A stretch of 64,000 bases of DNA from Mobula hypostoma (Eukaryota): NCBI RefSeq assembly GCF_963921235.1, contig NC_086097.1, forward strand, positions 167,650,001-167,714,000, given 5' to 3'. The notes under the pieces were generated by a model. The model did not search any database and was not told where the DNA came from. It was given only the letters and a program-made list of their open reading frames with translations. The position numbers and the translations under genes are program-made. This document shows, piece after piece, positions 50,661-61,190 of this stretch (position 1 is its first letter; each line of letters begins with the position of its first letter).

Positions 50661-51538
50661 TAGAACTCTGAGATTCATTTTCTTGCGGGCATTCACAGGA
50701 ACACAAAGAAGTACACTAGGATCAATGAAAATTACACATAAATGAAACAATTACTGGGAAATTGATTCATTAAAACAGATTCCAGGAAATTCAGGTTGAG
50801 TTATGGGCACGGACTGATTTATTTTACAAAAACATGGGAGACAGTAAGCAGGAAAATTATGGTTATTAAACAACAGGAGACAATTCATGAACTAGTGTTA
50901 GACAGTTATTTTCAGAATTAGTTTATCAAAATTGTGGGATACAGTTACTTGGAGAGCTTGACATTAAAGAGAAGTGTGAGGAAGACATTTGGAGAATTCA
51001 TTTGTTGAAAGAGTGTGTCACAGTTTCTGGCAGATTTCACTTACTAGATCAGTGGGAATCATCTTGTGGAATAATACAGATGATAAAAATAGTGGAAGCT
51101 ATTTACCTGGAGAATTTGGTGATTAAAACAGCAGGATATAGTTACTAGTCTAAATCCTTAATTGTAACAGTGGGGTCGGTGGAAGAATTCTTTTATTAAA
51201 ATTAATGGAGACTGTTACTTGGAGAATTGAGTTCTAAAATACTAGGAGGCAGTCACTGGGAGGAATTCACAGATTATATCAGTTCAAAGTAAATTTATTA
51301 TCAAAGTACATATATGCCATCATATATTACCTTGAGATTTATTTTCTTGCAGGCATTGACAGTAGAACAAAGAAATATGATATAATCACAGTCATTGAAA
51401 AACTACACACAAACCAAGACTGACAAAATAATGTCCGAAAGGAGACAAACCGTCCAATAAATAGATACATACAAACAAACAAATAAGTAAATAAGAGTGA
51501 GAACATAAGCTGTAGAGTCCTCAAAATTGGGTCCATAA

Positions 51539-54500
51539 TGTGGTGTATTTAATATCTCAATAATATTTGAGATATATTGTAAATATATTGTTTGATTTAG
51601 TATTCTTTGTTTACATAATTCATTATGGGTTATATGTAATAGGTATATTCATGGCACAGAGTATGTCATTACACCAACATGTAATATGTGAGAGTCTTAC
51701 TAAAAGAAAAGGAAAGAAATACTAAGTAGACAAAACATATCCCTTCTCCTGTGTTTTTCTTTCAATTAGTTTCTGCAGTTACAAAATGTAACAATAGCAA
51801 CAAGATTGTTTTAAAATGAACCCAAGACGACGACCTACGTGTTGAAGAGCAGCACGTTTTTCTTCGGGGGGGGGGAGAGAGGGAGAGGCATTCAAGTTAA
51901 AAAAAAAGGCAGAAAATGAACAAAATTAACAAGCAGTAAGTATGGCCGCAGGCTCATACACAGTGAGTACCAGCTGATAATAATAAATAAATAAAAGCAG
52001 AAATGGCTGGCTACACTGGAAAGACAGAGATGATTGATTGCACAACAGATAACTGGATAATGTATATTGAACAAATTAAGCAGTATCTTGCAATAAATGA
52101 AATAACCAAAGAAAAACAAGTTCCAGTGTTGTGAGTGCAGTGGGTGGAAAGGTGTACAGTTTGCTTAGAGGTTTTAACTATTCTAATCAAACCAGCCAAA
52201 GTGAGCGTTGCTGATATCATGAGTGTAATGCAGGAACATTTAGAACTGAAACCATTGTTGATGCAGAGCACTTTAGGTTTCATAAGTGAAATCAAAAGGA
52301 TGATGAGTCCGTTTCAGCTTACACGGCTAAATTGAAGAAATTGAATGAGCATTGTCAGTTCAGTGACGCTTTGAGGGATTATTTGCTTTGTGGAATCATT
52401 CAAAATGACTCCTAACTGAAGTATAACTCAAGTTTAAAAGAGAAGTTGAAATCAGTTTATCAATGGAAACAGCAGACATGCATTTGAGTTGCAGTCAGGA
52501 ATGAAAGTGAGTTTGAACAATATTTTTCAAACAGAAAGCAGCCTGGCTAAACAAATATTGTTACTGCAGTGACTGGAGCTCACGTACACCAGAAGAATGC
52601 AGGTTTAAAGGTCAAACTGTCAGAAAATAACACATACTCAGAGCATGTCAGGCAGACAAAAATAAAAGGACTGCACAGGAAAGAGAAAAAGATAAAAAGT
52701 CAATATGCAGTTTCATAAAGAGCAGTAATCTGCATGCTGTCGATGAAAAATCTGATGATGAGAGTAGCACAGGACTATGTAGCCATGAGAATTATAATGT
52801 GAAAGCTAACAATAGTCAAGCATTGTGGCTTATACCAGAAGTAAACAGCAAATTAATTAAAATGGAATTGTACACTGGTTCGTCATTCCACAATATGAGT
52901 TTGAATGGCATTTCAAAGAGAGGAAACTGAAGCCTGCAGATATCCAACTAAAAACTTATTCTGGAGAAAATTTATTCCTATGGGAATGACATTCGTAACA
53001 GTGAAATGCAACAGCCTACAAGGCACAGTTGGCTTCTATGGGGTAAAAACAGAAGGGGCAGCATTGTGGGGCTGTGATTGGATAAGACAACAACAACTTA
53101 ATTGGACATTCATCCACTATTTGCATGTCACATCCCCTGCAATAGGGACAAGTGAAAGCAAATTAAGAAAGGTATTGGATGATGCCACTGCAGTGTTCAA
53201 GAATGGTATTGGAAAATTCAGACGTATCAAGGGTAGAATAACGTTAAATGAAAATGCCACACCTAAGTTTTTCAAAGCGCGTCTAGTTGCTTATCAGTGA
53301 TAAAGTAACCAATGAGCTGGATTGCATGGAAGCTCAACAAATTCTTTCCAATGTGGAGTGGAGTCCATGGGCAACACCAGTGGTCACAGTAGCCAAGAAG
53401 GATGGGTCTGTCAGGACCTGTGGTGATTTTAAGGTCACCAACAACCCAGTACTAAAAGTAAGAAATCATCCTCAGCAATCCACCCTTATGTGAGGATTGA
53501 AAGTTGTTGTACCACCCAAGCTGAGAGATAAAGTGTTGGAGGAGCTACATGCCGATTGTCTAGGTGTGGTCAAAATGAATGTATTGGCTTGCAGTTTTGT
53601 ATGGTGTCCTGGGATAGATCAGTTTGAGCAGCTTGCCATGCACTGTTCGGGATCTCAACACATCCAAAAGATGCCAGAAGCAGCGCCTGTCCATCCCTGG
53701 GAATGCCATGCACCCTGGCAGAAGATTCATGTGGATTTTGCCAGACCATTTATAGGCACAAATTTCTTGGTAGTAGTGGATGCAGCTACAAAGTGGCCAG
53801 TAGTTTTCCCAATAGCCTCCACTACAGCCACACACGCTGTTGGTGTGTTGAAAAGCCTCTTCACAAGGACTGGTGTTCCAGGACATTTAGGCAGTGACAA
53901 TGGATCACAGTTTGTGACATCTGCACCATACCATCCAACTACAAATAGCTTAGTGAAAGGGTTTTCCTAGAGTCTAAAGAACACACTGCGATCAATGTCA
54001 GCAGAACACACTACACTAACATTGAATCATAAGCTTGCATATCGCAATGTAGCACACTCTGCAACCACAACTCACCGGCTAGGGTGTTCCTGGGACACCC
54101 CTTATGCTCACATTTGGATCTCAAACAAAATCTCAGAAGGAGTGTGCAGGGCAAACAGCTGAGACAAACTGAGGTTTGATGTTTCAGTCCTGGACAAGCA
54201 GCCCAGGCGAGGGACTGTAGAGGTGATCAGAAAAGGGTACTTGGAAAGACTAAGGACAGAGCTGAAACACTCACCAACTCAGCGGAGATTGTGTTTGATG
54301 TCATCCGTAGATGACACATCATTTGAAGAGAGCAGTGTTAATGGTTAGAGAAGAAAGGTGCCCAGAGCTTTCAGAACCACCTCCTGCAGTCCCAGAGTCA
54401 ACTTCTTCAGACACCACAGAGGAGGCCCCAGAACCTGGGATTGCTTCACAGCCACAAGTCTCACCTGCCAAGCAGAGTGACCCCCCCCCCCCCACCACCA

Positions 54501-55733
54501 CTGTCAGGAAGGATGCGATCTCACAAGAAATCATCCTCAGCAATTAAATCTTCAGGCCTGAATGGGACAATTTAAAATTAACTATGCTGTAGATGTCTTG
54601 ATAGTAGTTTTTTTTAATACAGTGTATTGTGTGTATATGTCTATCTACCTACATATATATGACTAGAGAGCAATATGTTACATATTTGAGTTGAGATACT
54701 TTCTATATTGAGTTAGAGTTTATAGCTAAGCAGGGAGGAATGTAGTGTATATAATATTTCAGTAATATTGGAGTAAGATTGTAAATATATTGTTTGATAA
54801 AGCATTCCTTGTTTACATAATTTAGAAACATAGAGAACATACAGCACAATACTGGCCCCTCGCCCACAAAGCTGTGCCAAACACATCCATACCTTAGAAC
54901 TACCTAGACTTCACCCATAGCCCTCTATTTTTCTAAGCTCCATGTAGCCATCCAGGAGTCTCTTAAAAGACACTATTGTTTCCGCCTCCACCATCGCCGC
55001 CTGCAGCCCATTCGACACACTCACCACTCTCTGCATAAAAAGACTTTCCCCTGACATCTCCTCTGTACCTGCTTCCAAGCACCTTAAAACTATGCCTTCT
55101 CGCCCTTGGCATTTCAGCCCTGAGGAAAAGCCTCTGACTATTCACAAAATCAATGCCTCTCATTATCTTATACACCTCTATCAAGTCACCTCTCATCCTC
55201 CGTCACTCCAAGGGGAAAAGGCTGAGTTCACTCAATCCATTCTCATAAGGCATGCTCCCCAATCCAGGCAACATCCTTGTATATCTCCTCTGCACCCTTT
55301 CTATGGCTTCCACATCCTTCCTGTAGTGAGGCGACCAGAAATGAGCACAGTACTCCAGGTGGGGTCTGACCAGGGTCCTATATAGCTGCAACATTACCTC
55401 TCAGCTCCTAAACCCAATCCCATGATTGATAAAGGCCAATGCACCATATGCTTTCTTAACTGCACAATCAACCTGCGTAGCAGCTTTGAGTGTCCTATGG
55501 ACTCGGACCCCAAGATCACTCTGATCCTCCACACTGCCAAGAGTCTTACCATTAATGCTATATTCTGCCAACAGATTTATTATGGGTTATATGTAAGAAG
55601 CATATGTCACTAAGCCAGCACATCATGTGTGACCGCCTCACTAAAGAAAAGGAAAGAAAAACTAAGTAGACAAAACAAATCCCAACTCCTGTGTTTTTCT
55701 TTTGATTAATTTCTAGAGTTACAAAGCATAACA
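51539..55733 (+). mobile_element. Decayed Gypsy LTR retrotransposon with two LTRs and an internal RT/RNase H deletion
   Basis: 5' LTR TG..CA at 51539-51793. 3' LTR at 54741-55733, interrupted by CR1. PPT aagcagggaggaa precedes 54741. RT start SPWATPVVTVAKKDGSVRTCGDFK; integrase LEELH..PGID..C..WQKIHVDFARPF..SDNGSQF..SAPYHP. Flanks cataa/gatag suggest a 5-bp TSD CATAG. Confidence 0.9.
54822..55572 (-). mobile_element. CR1 3' fragment inserted in the Gypsy 3' LTR
   Basis: ORFs 55203-55394 and 54963-55196 (LYRTLVRPHLEYC.., RGDLIEVYKIMRG). Confidence 0.9.
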
Positions 55734-56340
55734 GATAGGTTGTGTAGTCAGTTCAGAGTTGAGGTTATTCATGCTGGTTTAGTGATCTGATGGTTGAAGG
55801 GTAATAACTAGTAATAACTATTCCTAAATCTGGTGGTGTGTGACCAAAGACACTCGAGGCCAGTGGCAGCAGCGAGAAGAGAGCATGGCCTGGACGGTGA
55901 GGGTTCTTGATGATGGATACTGCTTTTTTTGTAGCAGCATTCCTTGTAAATGCATTCATTTGTAGGGAGGGTGTTGCCTGTAATGGACAGGACTGTATCC
56001 ACCACTTTTTGTAGGATTTTCCATTTTTTGGGTATTGGCGTTTCCATATCAAACCGTTACCTTCCACTGTGCATCTATAGAAGTTTGTCAGAGTTTTAGA
56101 TTACATGCCAAGTGACCACACACTTCTAAGAAAGTAGAGGTGCTGTCATGCCTGCTTTGTAATGGCACATATGTGCTGATCCCAGAACAGATCCTCTGAT
56201 ATGACAATGTCCAGGAATCTAGTGACTGACTCTCTTTGTCTTTGATCCCCGAATGATGACTGGCTCATGGATATCTGGTTTCCTCCTCATGTGGTCAAAA
56301 ATCAGCTCTGTAGTTCTGCTGATGTTGAGTGAGAGGTTGT
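55734..56340 (-). mobile_element. Rex1/Babar-type LINE fragment, continuous with the tail at 51280-51538 before the Gypsy insertion
   Basis: The host sequence gtccataggttgtg is rejoined across the LTR element. Motifs KILQKVVDT and SIIKNPHRPGHALFSLLP. Confidence 0.75.
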
Positions 56341-56656
56341 TGGCCAAATGTCTTTTAAACTTCATAACTGGGCATAGCTCTACCATTTCCTTTGGTGGCT
56401 TATTCCATCTACATACTACACTCTGACTCTCAGATCTCCTTTTAAGTTTTTGCCCTCTCACTTTAAACTTTTGCTCTGTCATGTGGCAATGCACTTCTTA
56501 ATCAGTGGAAGATTGTTACTGGGAGAATTTGGTTATTACAATAGTAGGGGTCAGTTGCAGGTAAAATTCAGAATTCAATTTTGAATTTACAAAGAATAAT
56601 CAATGACAAAACTGAAGTAGACAGAAAATTCATTTTCTTCAGCTAGTGGGGGCTGA

Positions 56657-57500
56657 GTGGGCCATAACAACAACCTCTTACTCAGCGTCAGCCAGACCCA
56701 TGAGCTGATTATTGACTTCAGGAGAAAGAAACCAGAGGCCTATGACCCAGTACTCATCGGGGGATCAGAGGTAGAGAGGGTCTGCAACTTTAAGTTCCTC
56801 TGTGTTATAATTTTGGAGGGCCCATTCTGGGCCCAGCATGTAAGTGCATTTATGAAGAAAGCACAGCAGCGCCTCTACTTCCTTAGGAGTTTGTAAAGAT
56901 TCGGCATGACATCTAAAGCTTTGACAAACTTCTATAGATGTGTAGTGGAGGATATATTGACTGGCTGTATCACAGCCTGGTGTGGCAACAGCAATACCCT
57001 TGAATGGCCCAGTCCATATTGGGTAAAGCCTTCTTCACCATTGAGCACATCTGCATGAAACGCTGTCACAGGAGAGCAGCATACATCTTCAGGGACGCTC
57101 ACTACACTTCTCACTGCTGCCATCAGGAAGAAGGTAAAGGAGCCTCAGGACTCACACCACCAGTTTCAGGAACAGTTATTACCCCTCAACCATCAGGTTC
57201 TCGAACCAAAGGAGATAAGTTCACTCAACTTCACTCACCCCATCACTGAACTGTTTCCACAACCAATTGATTCAATTTCAAGAACTCTTCATCTCATGCT
57301 CTCAATATTTATTGCTTATTCATTAATTATTATTATTTCTTTCTGTAGTTGCATAATTTGTTGTCTTTTGCACACTGGTTTAACATCCAAGTTGCTGCAG
57401 TCTTTCTTTGATTCTTTTATGGTTATTATTCAACAGATTTACTGAGTATGCTCACAAGAAAATGAATCTCAGGGTTGTATATGATGATTTACTTTGAAAG
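56657..57500 (+). mobile_element. Rex1/Babar-type LINE 3' fragment
   Basis: ORF 56657-56896 reads NNLLLSVSQTHELIIDFRR...KKAQQRLYFLRSL, followed by the shared Rex tail. Confidence 0.8.
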
Positions 57501-58134
57501 TTGAATTAAAGGATCTGTTAGTGACGTTTTGTTCCACAACTTAGCAGCCTGTCATTCCTTTCATAGTACCCGCTACACTTTATATATGCCTGTTATGCCT
57601 TCCTTGTTTTCCCGTTTCTACACTTATCCGAACACTCTCTTCCCAGTGCTGAGAAAGGGCCCTGACACAAAATGTTATTTGGTTTCTCTTTCTGCACCTG
57701 CTGCTTGACTGACCGAGTTCTTCCAGCATTTTCAGTTTCTCCGTTTTTGTTTGTATATGTTTTATTTTTATTTTTCTAAATGTATCCAACCCTTAATATC
57801 CCCTGACATCCAAGCTTCTTTGAAGGGGAACATGTTGGTCCTCAGTTCGCAGTGTTTCAATTTTGTCAGATGTGGATTAGAAGTTTCTGCTCCTGTTCCA
57901 CTTTGGCTGGAGATTCAGATATAGAACTGCACTCAATGACTGTAACCATGTTGTGGCTTTGGAAAGGGTGCTGAAGACGATATCCGCATGCTGTCTGGAT
58001 GAGACAGCATCTGTAATTATGTGAGGTTGGATAAATATGGGTTGTTTTCAGGGCATTTTCAGGCAGGATACACTGTTTAAATGGTAAGATATTGAAAATC
58101 CTGGTGTTTAGAGTAACCTGAACAACAACAAGAG

Positions 58135-58290
58135 CAGATATCTCACCTCTCCCAGAAGTTCCAGGAGTCTCCCGCATATCGATAGTGGCTCCCTGACACC
58201 CGGAAATTATATACAATATCCCAGAAAGTGATTTTTTTGAGCGGGAAAGGGAGAGAGAGAGCAAGCATCCTGATTGGATTCTGTTCGTGC
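58135..58290 (-). mobile_element. Terminal fragment of the same hAT-like MITE family as 19292-24085
   Basis: cagatatctcacctctcccagaag..ggagtctcccgcatatcgatagtggctccctga is the reverse complement of about 23985-24085. Confidence 0.8.
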
Positions 58291-58292
58291 TA

Positions 58293-58460
58293 AGAGTGGT
58301 CCCCATCCACCGGGCCGCGAGGAAATGATATGATTTGGCAATATGAAATGATATGAGTCAGCTGCACTTTTCCTCATTCCCTGTCACGCACTGTTGAACG
58401 AGCGCACGCAAGGTCATTACGCACGCGTCATCCATGTCAGCGCGGGAAGAAGATCAACTT
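58293..58460 (+). mobile_element. hAT-Charlie-like terminal fragment
   Basis: agtggtccccatccaccgggccgcg resembles Charlie-type CAGTGGTCCCCAACC termini. No partner end was found. Confidence 0.45.
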
Positions 58461-59087
58461 CAGGGAAGTGTACAGGGAAGATTCGCTAGATCGATTGGGG
58501 GAATATTGTGCATTGGTCTGTCTCTCTATCCATAGAGGGTTGGCTAAAATGACTCTCGGGATGGTGGGTGTGTTGTGTGAGCAGAGATTAAGCAATGGAT
58601 GTACAATTATTAGGGATTACATTTGCACGTGGAGACACGAGAGACTTACAGATACTGTCATCTGGAGAAGAGAAATCTGCTGGAGCAGCTCAGCAGGTTG
58701 AGCAGAGGGAAAAGAATCACTGGCATTTCAAACTGAGCCAAGAGTGCGGAGGAAAGGCCGCTAGTACAAAGGGGAGAAGGAGAGAGATGAGCCGGTAGGT
58801 GACTGGTAGCCTGAGGGGTGAGGGACATGTTGAAATGCAGAGGAAGGTGGGTGATCAGTGGAAGCATGTAAGCGAGCAGAAGCGAGGGAGGACAACTGGA
58901 ACTGGGAGAAGGTGGGATGCTGAAGGTGGAGACAGGGGCTGGCGGGTAATAAATGGAGACAAAAAAGGCTACAAGTGCTGGAATTGATTATCAAGGAAGT
59001 TGATAATGGGGACCACGATGGGAGAGGTCATTGGCAGATGGAACCAGAGGAATGGGGTCTCAAGGGAAATGCTAGAAATCAGAGTAA

Positions 59088-59184
59088 TGCACACAAAATG
59101 CTGGAGAAACTCAGCAGGCCAGGCAGCATCTATGGAAAAGAGTAAAGAGTCGACGTTTCGGGCCGAGACCTCTCATCAGGAATG
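59088..59184 (-). mobile_element. Penelope-derived short element with hammerhead core (GUC triplet)
   Basis: Minus strand reads cattcCTGATGAgaggtctcggcccGAAACGTCgactc. Confidence 0.8.
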
Positions 59185-59329
59185 AAATCTGGTGAATAAA
59201 GTGTTGGGGGGGGGGGTGTTGTAGGTGAATAAAGGAGATAAAAGCATGGCTGTAAACAGCACTGGGGATTGTATTGGCTCCCTTCCGGTTTCCACTGTAT
59301 ATCTTGCACTTTAAATACAATACTGAGTC

Positions 59330-59745
59330 ATGTCTCATCTGCAAGAATTCTCTGATGACTCAGCAATAGTTGGGTGTATAAAGGGAGGACGGGAAGATGA
59401 ATACAGAGCCCTGGTGAATGACTTTATCAAATGATGCAAACTGAATCCTCTGCAGCTCAACATCAGTAAAACGATGGAGATGCTGATGGACTTTAGGAAG
59501 GCTAAGTCTACACTGCTCCCTGTTACTAGTGATAGCAAAGCCATGGATGTGATGAGGACCTACAAATACTTGGGAGTGCACCTGGATGACAGACTTGAGT
59601 GGAGCACCAACCCAGAGACAGTGTACAAGAAGGGCCAGAGTCGCCTCTACATCCTGAGGAGACTGGAAAATGCAGGCCTCTTCTTCACATGTTCTTGCAG
59701 TCTGCTGTCGCCAGCACAGTATTCTATGTAGTGGTGTGCTGGGGA
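59330..59745 (+). mobile_element. Rex1/Babar-type RT C-terminal fragment
   Basis: EFSDDSAIVGCI..LQLNISKTMEMLMDFRK..YKYLGVHLDDRLEWS..KKGQSRLYILRRL. Confidence 0.8.
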
Positions 59746-61190
59746 TATAAGATGGCACCATGTACGGCAGTCGTGTTGCGAGCTCCATTCCAACTTTACA
59801 GTGTACTGCAAACTTCTGTGATTTCCTTCGCATTTCTTGTTCAAGTAGCTGATAGTCACATCAGATATGATCGACTGACTCTTCTGAACATTGGGACGAT
59901 GGCATTTACACACTACGGCCTTTCCTACACTGGGAACCCCTGCTTGCATGGTCCATGGGAGGCTCATCATCTATTATACGCTGCTACCTCAGAAGTGGCG
60001 TCGGAGGTGAGGGAGAAGGGCTGCCTCCTGGTGAGGTTGAGATGGCGTGCTAATCAGCTGCTGCTCCCTGGCATACTCCTGGCTGACGTTCAATCCTGGA
60101 CAATAGCTTTGTGAACTAAGGACCAGAATCTCCTATCCGCGGGAAACAAAGGAATATAACATTTTGTGCTTCGTGGAGACCTGGCTGACAGAGGAGATAC
60201 CGGATCACGCCATTGACCCCTCGGGGTTCTCCCTGTTCCAAGCGGACAGGTCTAAGAACCTCTCTGGGAAGAGTGAAGGAGGTAGGGTATGCTTCGTGGT
60301 CAATAATGCTGGTGCGACCCCTGGAATGTGCATGCACTCAAATCCTTTTGTTCCCCAGATCTGGAGTACCTTGTGCAGCTGTGTAGACCTGTCTGGCTGC
60401 CTAGGGAGTTCACAGCGGTGTATATTCCGCCCCTGGCTGATACTGACCTGGCTCTCAAGGAACTGTATGAAACCCTCAGCGCCCTGGAGACTGCCCACCC
60501 AGAGGTTGCCTTCATCGTCGCCGGTGACTTGAATAGAGCGTCACTGTCTAAAGTCTCTCCGAAGTTTTGCCAGGTGAGCACACAGGGAAATAGCACACTC
60601 AACCACTGCTACTCTCCCTTCTGCAACACTTGCAAAGTGCTCCTCTGCCAGCTATTTGGAAAGCTGGATCACTCCTCCACCTTGCTGCTGCTGAGGTACA
60701 GCTATAAGCTGAAACAAGAGGCGGCCATTGTTAAAACCGTCCACTGTTGGTCTGACCAATCAGCCTCCATGCTACAGGACTGCTTTGATGACGTCAACTG
60801 GAACGTCTATCATGATGAGGATGTCTCCGGGTTCATGGAAGGAGTCACAAGTTTCATCCGGAAGTGCATCGAAGATGTTGTCCCCCAGAACTCGGTCAGG
60901 GTGTTTCCAGACCAGAAACCCTGGATCAACAGTTCCATGCGAGCAGTACTTACCGCGCAAGACAGAGCTTCCATTGCCAGTGACCAACAGGAACTCAAGA
61001 AATGCGGCTACGATCTGCACAAAGTCATCAAGGCAGTGAAACGACAATACAGGGACAAGATCCAGGCACAACTCTCCACCAACAACACACGCAGCTTATG
61101 GCAAGGTCTGCACGCCATCGCAGACTTCAAAGCTGAAAGAAGTGGCGTTTCCACCATTGCTGCTTCTCTCCCAGATGAGCTAAATCTTTT
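59746..61190 (+). mobile_element. Rex1/Babar-type LINE 5' portion (leader + APE endonuclease), cut by the L1 insertion
   Basis: Starts near aagatggcacc. Motifs IRYDRLTLLNI, CFVETWL, SFCSPDLEYL..CRP.WLPREFT.AVYIPP, AGDLN, LDHS and PDQKPWIN. Confidence 0.82.

Larger units (their letters stand above)
25140..56650 (+). repeat. Fragmented degenerate ~39-bp tandem array (eyeballed consensus GAGACAGTTACTGGGAGAATTCAGTTATTAAAACAGCAG)
   Basis: Co-oriented blocks at about 25140-25535, 30600-30925, 32130-32680, 36895-36975, 39370-39775, 42410-43525, 43975-45680, 46150-46480, 49630-50185, 50375-50545, 50748-51280 and 56500-56650. Unit spacing was 38-39 nt where measured (e.g. 45551/45589/45628). Confidence 0.88.
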
